In this document: positions 1-7,904 of the stretch, piece by piece
Layout of the letters: each line of letters opens with the position of its first letter
Position numbering within the stretch: position 1 is the stretch's first letter
Assembly (NCBI GenBank): GCA_043779265.1
Contig: JAYWEM010000175.1
Location: 1-15,926 of the forward strand
Length of the DNA stretch: 15,926 bases
Direction of reading: 5' to 3'
DNA from: a bacterium
Lineage (GTDB): Bacteria; Eisenbacteria; RBG-16-71-46
Made by a program: the position numbers and the translations under genes
Notes under the pieces: generated by a model
Database searches by the model: none
What the model saw: the letters and a program-made list of their open reading frames with translations, nothing else
Told to the model about the DNA's origin: nothing

Positions 1-531
1 ATCGAGAAGATCAACGTGACCGCCAGCGAGATGTTCAGCGAGACGTTCGTGAAGGTGCAGGAGAACTTCAAGGACATCTTCAAGACGCTGTTCGAGGGCG
101 GCGAGTGCGAGTTGCGGATGGTCGGGGAGGATCCGATGGAGTGCGACATCGAGATCGTCGCCAAGCCCCGCGGCAAACATCTACAGTCGATCACGCTCAT
201 GTCGAGCGGGGAGCGGGCGCTGACGGCGATCGCGTTGCTGTTCGCGATCTACTTGGTCAAGCCCTCGCCCTTCTGTCTCCTGGATGAAGTCGACGCGCCA
301 CTCGATGACGCGAATGTCGAGCGATTCCTCAACATGTTGCGGCGCTTCAGCGATCGCACGCAGTTCCTCCTCATCACGCACAACAAGAAGACCATGGAGG
401 CCGCCGGCTGCATCTACGGCGTCACCATGCAGGAGTTGGGTGTCTCCAAGCTCGTCTCGGTCAATCTGGACGGGCTCGACGTGAGCCACGAGTCGAGGCG
501 GGTGGAGCGGACTCCGCTACCCGTCGGCTGA
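1..531 (+). CDS. smc: Chromosome segregation protein SMC, C-terminal ATPase head (5'-truncated by window)
   Basis: Frame open from base 1; FKTLFEGG, signature-like MSSGERAL, Walker B/D-loop PSPFCLLDEVDAPLDDANV, H-loop QFLLITHNK, YGVTMQE; adjacent to ftsY. Confidence 0.96.
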   Translation: MEKINVTASEMFSETFVKVQENFKDIFKTLFEGGECELRMVGEDPMECDIEIVAKPRGKHLQSITLMSSGERALTAIALLFAIYLVKPSPFCLLDEVDAPLDDANVERFLNMLRRFSDRTQFLLITHNKKTMEAAGCIYGVTMQELGVSKLVSVNLDGLDVSHESRRVERTPLPVG

Positions 532-589
532 TCCTCACAGGACGCTCGAGGACGGCGCGCGGTCGCCCACGGCGATCGCGCGCCGCATC

Positions 590-1507
590 ATGACCATGGG
601 ACTCTGGGACAAACTCAAGACCGGTCTCACGCGCACCCGCGACGCGATGGTGCAGACGCTCGGGCACGCCCTGCGCCTCAAGGGCCCGGTCGATGCCGAG
701 ACGCTCGAACGGCTCGAGGAGGCCCTTCTCCTCGCCGATGTCGGTCCGGATACGTCCGATGATCTGATCTCACGCGCCAAGGCCCGGATGGCCCGGGACC
801 GCGAACTCGACCTGCAGGGCGCGCTCGAAGCGTCGGCCGCCGAGATGATGCGCGTCGGCGGCAACGTCCCGTTCGAGCCGCAGCCGCCCTACCCCTGGGT
901 GGCGCTCATCGTTGGCGTCAACGGCGCCGGCAAGACCACGTTCGCCGGCAAGCTTGCGGCGCACTTCTCGCGCACCGGGCACCCCTCCCTCCTCGTCGCG
1001 GCCGACACGTTCCGGGCCGCGGCCGGTGAGCAACTGGATGTGTGGGCTCAGCGAGCGGGCGTCGAGGTGGTCCGCGGTCGCGACGGCGCCGATCCGGCCG
1101 CCGTGACCCACGACGGCCTGACCGCGGCCAGCAAACGCGGCCGACACGCCGTACTGGTGGACACCGCGGGCCGCCTGCACACGAAGCAGAACCTGATGGC
1201 CGAACTGGTCAAGGTGTCGCGCATCGCGGGCCGGGTCGTGCCCGGGGCGCCGCACCACGTGCTGCTCGTCCTGGATGGCACCCAGGGACTCAACGGACTG
1301 GCGCAGGCGCGCGAGTTCTCGAAGGCGGTCCCGGTGACGAGCCTCGCCATCACCAAGCTGGACGGCACGTCGCGCGGCGGATCGGTCCTGGCGATCGCAC
1401 ACCAGCTGAAGCTGCCCGTCTCGCTCGTCGGGGTCGGCGAACAGCTCGACGACTGGCAGCCGTTCGATGCCGATCGCTATGCGAAGGGGTTGTTCGAGGC
1501 CGAGTGA
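590..1507 (+). CDS. ftsY: Signal recognition particle receptor FtsY (NG domain only; start may be ATG 596)
   Basis: GVNGAGKTT P-loop, ADTFRAAA, DTAGR, TKLDG..GG, GVGEQLDD motifs; N-terminal helix GLWDKLKTGLTRTR. Confidence 0.96.
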   Translation: MTMGLWDKLKTGLTRTRDAMVQTLGHALRLKGPVDAETLERLEEALLLADVGPDTSDDLISRAKARMARDRELDLQGALEASAAEMMRVGGNVPFEPQPPYPWVALIVGVNGAGKTTFAGKLAAHFSRTGHPSLLVAADTFRAAAGEQLDVWAQRAGVEVVRGRDGADPAAVTHDGLTAASKRGRHAVLVDTAGRLHTKQNLMAELVKVSRIAGRVVPGAPHHVLLVLDGTQGLNGLAQAREFSKAVPVTSLAITKLDGTSRGGSVLAIAHQLKLPVSLVGVGEQLDDWQPFDADRYAKGLFEAE

Positions 1508-1517
1508 GTGCCGGGCC

Positions 1518-2405
1518 TCAGCCGCCCTTGCGCTTGGACGCCGCCTCCGCCTTCTTCTGGTCCGCGAATGACATGCGGTGCTTGGCCGGGACGAGGCGCG
1601 ACTGCTTCCCCGAGCCGAAGTCGAGCAGGCGCGCGACGCCCACACCGCGGTCGCGGATGAACATCTCGGTCGACGTGCTCGATCGACCGATCTCCCAGGT
1701 GCGGCGGGCGATGATGTTCTCGACGTCCTCTCGCACGACGCGAGTGACCGGGATGTCGTCGTGCATGTAGCTCATCCGGTTCTCGCGGACCTCGGTGTAG
1801 ATGGAGCTATCCTTGACCGATGCGGTCGCGCCCGTTCCCTGGCGGATGCTGACGCGCTTGGCGAGGAACTGGCCCTTGGGTGTGTTCACCGTGTCGGCGC
1901 TCAGCGTGTCGACGGTCCACTGCAGCGGTCGCTTGAACAGCGTGCGGGACTTGAGCGCACTGGCGGCGGCGCGGATGACGTCCTGTTGCGGGTCGCCATG
2001 CTCATCATCGGCGGTGATGGATTTGCGCCGATAGAGCTGCATGCGCTGGATCGCGAGCGAGTCCCCGAAGATCGAGTAGGACATGAGTGTCGCGATGGCG
2101 CGCGGCGGCCGGCCGGCGGCATCCGTCCAGCTCTCGACCCAGACACAGCGCTCGCCCCAGAACTCCTCTTCACCCGCGATCAGGACGGTGACGGTGTAGT
2201 TGTCCTGCATCCCCATGTCGCTGCTGCCCGTCATGCGGTACGTGACCCAGTCGCCCACCTTGAACGTCGGCTTGCTCGAGTAGTCGATGAGTCCGATGCC
2301 GTCGACTGCGGTGACGACCTGCGGCCGGTTCTGGGCAAGTGCCGACGCCGCGGCGAGCAGAATGGCGCCGAGGAGGACTGGGAGGAATCGGATGGCACGT
2401 CGCAT
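1518..2405 (-). CDS. Secreted hypothetical protein (possibly DUF3108-like beta-rich fold)
   Basis: Sec-type signal peptide MRRAIRFLPVLLGAILLAAASALA-Q; natural amino-acid composition; FKVGDWVTY and TVNTPKGQF segments resemble the 'V.tpaG.F' motif of DUF3108-like proteins (family uncertain). Confidence 0.75.
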   Translation of the reverse strand: MRRAIRFLPVLLGAILLAAASALAQNRPQVVTAVDGIGLIDYSSKPTFKVGDWVTYRMTGSSDMGMQDNYTVTVLIAGEEEFWGERCVWVESWTDAAGRPPRAIATLMSYSIFGDSLAIQRMQLYRRKSITADDEHGDPQQDVIRAAASALKSRTLFKRPLQWTVDTLSADTVNTPKGQFLAKRVSIRQGTGATASVKDSSIYTEVRENRMSYMHDDIPVTRVVREDVENIIARRTWEIGRSSTSTEMFIRDRGVGVARLLDFGSGKQSRLVPAKHRMSFADQKKAEAASKRKGG

Positions 2406-2550
2406 GCTGTCGATCTCACGGTGGAAGGGGAATCCGGTGGTCCGGGCGGCTGGCGATCATCGCCTCGGACATCGAGTCGGGCGGAGATTATCGCCGACAA
2501 CGAGCCCCGAGCGGAAGCCGGTTGCAGCCCCCGCCGGAGATGACAAGGAC

Positions 2551-3264
2551 ATGACCACTTCGCTGACGAAGGCTCCACTCCCGCAGTCCCGTTCCGATGC
2601 GTCGGATCGAGCCCCGGTCGCCCATCGCGGCCGCCCGAGGGAGCGACTCCGATCCCTCGGGGCCGCGGCGCTCGCGGACGCCGAACTGCTCGCTCTGGTG
2701 ATCGGTTCGGGTGTCGCTGGCCGCAGCGCGCTGCGCACGGCGCAGGGGCTGTCGCAGCGTCCGGTGCGCGAGTTGGCCGCATGGCCGTTCGCTCGCTGGC
2801 TGGCGGTCGCCGGCGTCGGCCCGGCGCGGGCCGCGGCGCTCTGCGCCTCCTTCGAACTGGGGCGCCGCTCGCTCGAACCGGCCTCGGGTTCCGGTGCGGT
2901 GCGAGGGCCCGACGATGTGATCTGCCATGTGCGCGATCTGGTCCGCGCGAGGCGCGAGCACTTCGTCGTGCTCCTGCTCAATGCACGGCACGAGATGGAG
3001 CGCCGCGAGACCATCAGCATCGGCAGCCTGAACGCCTCGATCGTGCACCCGCGCGAGGTGTTCCAGCCGGCCATCATCCACTCGGCGGCGAGTCTGGTGC
3101 TGGTGCACAACCATCCGAGCGGCGACCCTGAGCCGAGCGAGGAGGATCTCTCGATCACGAGGCGGTTGGTCCAAGTGGGGGACCTGATGGGGATCGGCGT
3201 CCTGGACCACGTGATCGTGGCCGCCCGGGGCGTCGTGAGCCTGCGGGCCCGCGGCGCCCTCTGA
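2551..3264 (+). CDS. radC: RadC family JAB/MPN domain protein
   Basis: RPRERL...LADAELLALVIGSG N-terminus, HhH-like GVGPARA, EHF..LLLN, SIVHPREVF, JAMM motif HNHPSGDPEPSEED, VLDHVIV. ATG 2551 follows AAGGA. Confidence 0.95.
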   Translation: MTTSLTKAPLPQSRSDASDRAPVAHRGRPRERLRSLGAAALADAELLALVIGSGVAGRSALRTAQGLSQRPVRELAAWPFARWLAVAGVGPARAAALCASFELGRRSLEPASGSGAVRGPDDVICHVRDLVRARREHFVVLLLNARHEMERRETISIGSLNASIVHPREVFQPAIIHSAASLVLVHNHPSGDPEPSEEDLSITRRLVQVGDLMGIGVLDHVIVAARGVVSLRARGAL

Positions 3265-3294
3265 GCAGCCCGCCGGAGGAGCGCCCGGGAGGAA

Positions 3295-3332
3295 ACACGA
3301 AGGGCGGCGCTTTCGCGCCGCCCTGATCGTGT
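3295..3332 (-). terminator. Intrinsic terminator hairpin between convergent radC and csp (possibly bidirectional)
   Basis: Perfect 10-bp stem AGGGCGGCGC-TTTC-GCGCCGCCCT (3301-3324), extendable by ACACGA/TCGTGT; GAAA tetraloop on the minus strand followed by a weak U tract (TCGTGTTT). Confidence 0.75.
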
Positions 3333-3353
3333 GAAGCGGTACTCCGGGCGGGA

Positions 3354-3554
3354 TCAGGCCCGGCGGACGTTAGCCGCCTGCAGACCCTTGGGGCCCTGGG
3401 TGACGTCGAACTCGACAGCCTCGCCCTCAGCCAGCGTCTTGAACCCGTCCATCGTGATGGCCGAGAAATGGACGAACACGTCCTCGCCGCTCGACTGGGA
3501 GATGAAACCGAAACCCTTCGCCTCGTTGAACCACTTCACAGTACCTGTCGCCAC
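3354..3554 (-). CDS. csp: Cold-shock protein (CspA family), 66 aa
   Basis: GTG start at 3554 with AGGAG RBS (3562-3566); [17 protein letters not shown] (RNP1), DVFVHFSAI (RNP2), [10 protein letters not shown]. Confidence 0.97.
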   Translation of the reverse strand: MATGTVKWFNEAKGFGFISQSSGEDVFVHFSAITMDGFKTLAEGEAVEFDVTQGPKGLQAANVRRA

Positions 3555-3664
3555 TGAACCACTCCTGAGACTTGGGGGAGGGAACCCCCGTGATACGACC
3601 GTCTGACGCGACGGCTGCGCCGGCCTCACTGGCCAGTTCCTTCGGTACTGCGGATGGTCGGCAC

Positions 3665-3695
3665 AAAAAAAGCCGCCGGAAGAGTGCCCGGCGAC
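3665..3695 (-). terminator. Terminator-like hairpin plus U7 within the csp 5' leader (attenuator candidate)
   Basis: Minus strand GTCGCCGG-GCACTCTT-CCGGCGGC-TTTTTTT, about 110 nt upstream of the csp start codon. Confidence 0.6.
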
Positions 3696-3735
3696 GTTGA
3701 ACGCACCTGCGCACCGCAATTACCGAAGCCCGCGT

Positions 3736-3764
3736 AGTATCGACTGGGGCCGTCTCGCTGGCAA
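3736..3764 (-). promoter_or_regulatory. Candidate sigma70-type promoter for csp
   Basis: Minus strand TTGCCA (3764-3759), 17-nt spacer, GATACT (3741-3736), immediately upstream of the structured leader. Confidence 0.5.
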
Positions 3765-3835
3765 GTCGATTCTGGCGGGGGGGCCCAAGTCGGGGATGGG
3801 GCATTGCATCCGCCATCCCGGGATGTGAATCTGAC

Positions 3836-4447
3836 GTGATGAACCCCTCCCGAGGAGCCTGGCTCGCCGCAGGGATCGTCTGCGCGCTCGCAGCCCCTCT
3901 CGGCAGCGCGCTCGCGCATCCGCACGACGAGGCCGGGCGCGACAGCGCGCTCGCAGGCATGCGCGAGCGGAGCCACGCCGAGCTCGGGCTGCCGAATCCC
4001 ACGACCTCCGCGGTCGTTGGCGTGCTCGCGACCGGGCTGCCGTTCGCTCTGCTCGCGGCCGAACCGAACAACGGGACGGCGACGTTCGCCTTCGTGGGCA
4101 TCGCGCTGGGGCCCGTGGTCGGCTACGCGCATGGCGGGGTCGCGGGCGACGGCCTGCGTGGAGCGGCCGCGCGGACACTCCTGCTCGGGGTCGTGCTCGA
4201 AGCCAACGTTCGGTTCGACGATGAGTTCGAAGGCTCGGATGATCTCGCGACCTCGAGCGGGTGGGCTGTGCTTGGTGCGGCCGCCGGGACCCTGGCGCTC
4301 GCAAGCGCCCTCTGGGACCTCGCCCGCCTCCGGGGCCGGGTCGAAGCCGCGAATCATGAGGTGCTGCACCGCCGCAGCCTCAGCCTGGAACTCGTTCCCA
4401 TGCGTGGCGGCCTCGCCGTGACGATGGCGATCCCCGCACGACGCTGA
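3836..4447 (+). CDS. Hypothetical exported/membrane protein (start GTG 3836 or ATG 3839)
   Basis: Signal-peptide-like N-terminus ending ALA-H and several Gly/Ala-rich hydrophobic segments; fills the gap in the same orientation as downstream genes. Confidence 0.65.
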   Translation: MMNPSRGAWLAAGIVCALAAPLGSALAHPHDEAGRDSALAGMRERSHAELGLPNPTTSAVVGVLATGLPFALLAAEPNNGTATFAFVGIALGPVVGYAHGGVAGDGLRGAAARTLLLGVVLEANVRFDDEFEGSDDLATSSGWAVLGAAAGTLALASALWDLARLRGRVEAANHEVLHRRSLSLELVPMRGGLAVTMAIPARR

Positions 4448-4474
4448 CTCGTACCCTCTACTGGGAGGAAACCG

Positions 4475-4960
4475 GTGGCCGATCCCGATGCCGCTCTCGA
4501 CCCCATCGCGCGTGTGCTGTCCCTGGTCGGGCGATGGCGCGGTGTCTCACGCGTGTGGTTCGAGCCCGGCAAGCTGGCGGGCGAGGACCCGGTCGAGGGC
4601 GATCTCTCGCTGCTCCATGGCGGCCGGTTCGCCGAGCTGTCCTATCGCACGTCGCTCAAGGACAAGTCGATCGAGGGGCGGATCACGATGGGCTACTACG
4701 GCGATCGGCGGCGCTGGGAGGTGTTGATGATCGACTCGTTCCACATGGGCCGGGGTCAGTTGTTCTCGGTCGGGGATTCGACCGACCATGGTTTCGATGT
4801 GCTCGGGCATTATCCGGATGGTCAGGGCGGTCCCGACTGGGGTTGGCGCACCGAACTCGTGGTCGCGGGGCCCGATGCCTTCGCACTGACCGCGTTCAAC
4901 GTGATGCCGACGGGTGACGAGGCCCTGGCGACCCAGTTGAAGCTCGAGCGCCAGCGCTGA
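4475..4960 (+). CDS. DUF1579-like beta-barrel protein
   Basis: GGGAGG RBS before GTG; LVGRWRG...WFEPG, IDSFHMG, GPDWGWRTEL pattern typical of DUF1579 proteins. Confidence 0.75.
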   Translation: MADPDAALDPIARVLSLVGRWRGVSRVWFEPGKLAGEDPVEGDLSLLHGGRFAELSYRTSLKDKSIEGRITMGYYGDRRRWEVLMIDSFHMGRGQLFSVGDSTDHGFDVLGHYPDGQGGPDWGWRTELVVAGPDAFALTAFNVMPTGDEALATQLKLERQR

Positions 4961-5014
4961 GTCCGACGCTCTGCGCAGATCGCGCAGCGGGACATCGATC
5001 AAGAGGAGGGGGCA

Positions 5015-5683
5015 GTGGCCGAGCCGAAGTACATTCCACTGACGACCTATCAGGAGCTGCCGACCGAGGAGATGCAACGCCGCTCGGCGGAGTTCCGCGC
5101 TCAGATGCAGCGCCGCCGCACGGTACGGGAGTTCTCGAGTCGCGAGGTGCCGCGCGCGATCATCGAGGATTGCCTGCTGGCGGCGGGGACCGCCCCGAAC
5201 GGCGCCAACCTGCAGCCGTGGCAGTTCGTCGTCGTGAGCGACCCCGAGGTCAAGCGGCGCATCCGCGTCGAGGCCGAAAAGGAGGAGCGCGAGTTCTATG
5301 AGCACAAGGCGCCCGCCGAGTGGCTCGAGGCGCTGGCGCACCTCGGGACCGATGCGAACAAGCCGTTCCTCGAGACCGCGCCCTACCTGATCGTGATCTT
5401 CGCGCAGAGCTTTGGGCTTCTGCCTGATGGGCGCAAGGTCAAGCACTACTACGTACAGGAATCGGTCGGCATCGCCACGGGGATGCTGATCACCGCGCTC
5501 CATCACGCTGGACTCGCCTCGCTGACCCACACGCCGAGCCCGATGGGGTTCCTGAACGAGATCGTCGGGCGGCCTTCGCACGAGCGGGCGTTCCTCGTCC
5601 TCGTGGTCGGCCACCCAGCGGAGGACGCGCGAGTGCCCGACATCACCAAGAAACCGCTCGAGGAGATCGCCACGTTCCTGTGA
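5015..5683 (+). CDS. FMN-dependent nitroreductase-family protein, iodotyrosine deiodinase (IYD) subgroup
   Basis: [36 protein letters not shown], lid region EKEEREFY...[33 protein letters not shown]. Confidence 0.9.
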   Translation: MAEPKYIPLTTYQELPTEEMQRRSAEFRAQMQRRRTVREFSSREVPRAIIEDCLLAAGTAPNGANLQPWQFVVVSDPEVKRRIRVEAEKEEREFYEHKAPAEWLEALAHLGTDANKPFLETAPYLIVIFAQSFGLLPDGRKVKHYYVQESVGIATGMLITALHHAGLASLTHTPSPMGFLNEIVGRPSHERAFLVLVVGHPAEDARVPDITKKPLEEIATFL

Positions 5684-5770
5684 GCAGCGGCTCGGTCGCA
5701 CGAGGCGCCGAAGTCAGCGTAGAGTGCGCGAGATTCCGGATTCCCCGGATCACCCACGGAGACAAGCGAC

Positions 5771-6418
5771 ATGCGATCCCTGAGTCATCTGTTCGAGAGC
5801 AATCGCGCCTGGGCCGCCGAGATGGTGGCGCGTGAGCCGGACTTCTTCAGCAAGCTCTCCTCGCAGCAGTCGCCGAAGTACCTATGGATCGGATGTTCGG
5901 ACAGCCGCGTTCCGGCCAACCAGATCGTGGGCATGCCTCCCGGCGAGATCTTCGTCCACCGCAATGTCGCGAACGTCGTGGTGCACACGGATCTCAATTG
6001 CCTCTCGGTGATGCAGTACGCGGTGGAAGTGCTGAAGGTCGAGCACATCATCGTGTGCGGGCACTATGGCTGCGGCGGCGTCCTCGCCGCGCTGCGAGAT
6101 GGCAAGTTCGGCCTGATCGACAACTGGCTGCGCCACATCCAGGACGTGAAGAACAAGCACGCGGCGATGGTCGCGGGACTCGCCAGCGAGGTGGAGCAGC
6201 ACGATCGACTGTGCGAACTGAACGTGATCGAGCAGGTGGTCAACGTCAGCCAGACGACGGTGGTCCGTGAGGCATGGGCGCGCGGACAGAAGCTCGCCGT
6301 GCATGGCTGGATCTACGGGCTGACGGACGGGCTGCTTCGCGATCTCGGCATGTGCGTGATGACGGAGTCCGAGCTGGCCGGCTGCTACGAGCAGGCGATC
6401 GCGGAGCGCGGCCGCTAG
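5771..6418 (+). CDS. can: Beta-class carbonic anhydrase (Can/YadF type)
   Basis: YLWIGCSDSRVP (Cys, Asp-Arg dyad), GEIFVHRNVANVV, GHYGCGGV (His/Cys zinc ligands), LCELNV.EQV, VHGWIY. Confidence 0.96.
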   Translation: MRSLSHLFESNRAWAAEMVAREPDFFSKLSSQQSPKYLWIGCSDSRVPANQIVGMPPGEIFVHRNVANVVVHTDLNCLSVMQYAVEVLKVEHIIVCGHYGCGGVLAALRDGKFGLIDNWLRHIQDVKNKHAAMVAGLASEVEQHDRLCELNVIEQVVNVSQTTVVREAWARGQKLAVHGWIYGLTDGLLRDLGMCVMTESELAGCYEQAIAERGR

Positions 6419-6450
6419 TCCCTCACGGGGACTGCGCGGACGGGGCTGAC

Positions 6451-7395
6451 ATGTCGAGGACCGTGCGCGCGGCGATCGTGCAGGCCGAGACGCCCACGTC
6501 GCTCGCGAGCGGACTCGAGACGACGCGGGCCCGGGCGCACGAGGCGCGCGCGGCCGGCGCTTCGCTCGTCGTGTTCCCCGAGACCTGGCTCCCGGGCTAT
6601 CCGGCCTGGCTGGACTGGTGCTCGGACGCGGGGTTGTGGGATCACGCTCCGACCAAGGCGGTGTTCCGCCGGATGGCCGAGGACAGCGTGGATGTGTCCG
6701 GCGATTCCGGCTCGGCACTCGCGAGTATCGCCCGCGACCTCTCGCTCACACTCGTGATCGGCGTCACCGAGCGCGTCTCAGCCGGCCGCGGCCGTGGCAC
6801 GCTCTACAACTCGCTTCTCATGTACGGCCCGGATGGCGCGCTTCTCAATCACCATCGCAAGCTGGTGCCGACCTACACCGAGCGACTCGTGTGGGGCCCC
6901 GGCGACACGCGCGGACTCCGTGCGGCGGTAACGCCCTCGGGCCGCGTCGGCGGACTCGTGTGCTGGGAGCACTGGATGCCGCTCACGCGGCAGGCGATGC
7001 ACGAGTCGGGCGAGGACATCCACATCGCGGTGTGGCCCACGGTCCACGAGATGCATCAGGTGGCGAGTCGGCACTACGCGTTCGAGGGACGCTGCTTCGT
7101 GCTCGCATCGGGGGCGCTGATGCGGGCGGATGCGCTGCCGTCGGAACTGCCGATGGCGGCCGAACGCGTGCGGGAGGGAAGCGCGTGGATCCTGCGCGGC
7201 GGCAGTGCGGCCTACGCACCCGATGGCGCGCTCATCGCCGGCCCCATCTATGACGAGCCTGCACTGCTGACGGTCGATCTCGATCTCGGCCGCGTGCGCG
7301 AGGAGTCGATGACGCTGGATGTGGCCGGACACTATGCGAGGCCCGATGCGCTCGAGTTCCGAGTGCTCGCCTCGCCCGAGAGAGGTGACGCATGA
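6451..7395 (+). CDS. Nitrilase (carbon-nitrogen hydrolase family)
   Basis: Glu-Lys-Cys triad contexts FPETWLPGYP, HHRKLVPTYTER, LVCWEHWMPL; SRHYAFEG, LDVAGHYARPD. ATG 6451 chosen because the longer track ORF overlaps can. Confidence 0.92.
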   Translation: MSRTVRAAIVQAETPTSLASGLETTRARAHEARAAGASLVVFPETWLPGYPAWLDWCSDAGLWDHAPTKAVFRRMAEDSVDVSGDSGSALASIARDLSLTLVIGVTERVSAGRGRGTLYNSLLMYGPDGALLNHHRKLVPTYTERLVWGPGDTRGLRAAVTPSGRVGGLVCWEHWMPLTRQAMHESGEDIHIAVWPTVHEMHQVASRHYAFEGRCFVLASGALMRADALPSELPMAAERVREGSAWILRGGSAAYAPDGALIAGPIYDEPALLTVDLDLGRVREESMTLDVAGHYARPDALEFRVLASPERGDA

Positions 7396-7733
7396 GCGAG
7401 GCCGAGCGACTCGTCGAGCGACAACTCGCGGCCTACAACGCGCGCGACCTCGAGGCGTTCGTCGCTGTGTACAGCGAGGATGTCGAGGTGTACCGACTGC
7501 CGTCGCTTGAGCCGGTACTGTCGGGGCGTGCGGCGTTCGCGGCGCACTATGCGGCGCGCCGGTTCCACATGGCCAGCCTGCATGCCGAGATCCTCCAGCG
7601 CATCGTGCTCGGCAACAAGGTGATCGACCATGAGCGCGTGAGCGCCGATGGCGAGGCGACGCGCGAGGTCATCGCCGCCTACGAGATCCGAGGCGGTTTC
7701 ATCGCCCGCGTGTGGTTCCTCGCACCCGAGTGA
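7392..7733 (+). CDS. SnoaL-like / NTF2-fold small protein
   Basis: ATGA overlap with the nitrilase stop; VERQLAAYNARDLEAFVAVYSEDV, GNKVIDHERV, YEIRGGFIARVWF. Confidence 0.88.
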   Translation: MSEAERLVERQLAAYNARDLEAFVAVYSEDVEVYRLPSLEPVLSGRAAFAAHYAARRFHMASLHAEILQRIVLGNKVIDHERVSADGEATREVIAAYEIRGGFIARVWFLAPE

Positions 7734-7785
7734 GCACTGAGGCGCGGGTCCGGGGCCTCTTCGAGGGTCAGGCTCGAGCCTTGTG

Positions 7786-7814
7786 AACGTGGAATCCAAC
7801 GTGGAATCCAACGT
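7786..7814. repeat. Tandem 12-bp direct repeat AACGTGGAATCC x2 plus partial third copy
   Basis: AACGTGGAATCC-AACGTGGAATCC-AACGT read directly in the intergenic region. Confidence 0.85.
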
Positions 7815-7840
7815 CGCGGCGGGCCTCGCCGACGTTTTAT
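7810..7840 (+). terminator. Possible intrinsic terminator after the can-nitrilase-SnoaL genes
   Basis: AACGT(CG)CGGCG-GGCCT-CGCCG-ACGTT hairpin running into TTTTAT. Confidence 0.45.
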
Positions 7841-7904
7841 CCTCCGTGACGGCTTCCCCCGCCCTCGTGCGCACGAAGTCCAGCGACCTGATTCGGGAGG
7901 TTCC

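Noticed and set aside
2287..2550. N-terminal extension of radC (likewise extensions of csp to 3719, nitrilase to 6274 and the membrane protein to 9941)
   Set aside because: The extensions overlap neighbours or leaders and lack family-like sequence; downstream starts fit family length and mostly have RBS-like sequences.
2551..3264. radC as a marker of a mobile or defence island
   Set aside because: Full-length HhH+JAB chromosomal type; no integrase, transposase, att repeats or obvious compositional shift nearby.
3793..3825. Palindrome CATCCCGGGATG and overlapping GGGATGG/CCATCCC hairpin in the divergent region
   Set aside because: Single occurrence in GC-rich DNA with no regulator in the window; cannot be told from chance.
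7786..7814. Possible CRISPR-like repeat
   Set aside because: Units are 12 bp, directly adjacent with no spacers, and no cas genes are present.
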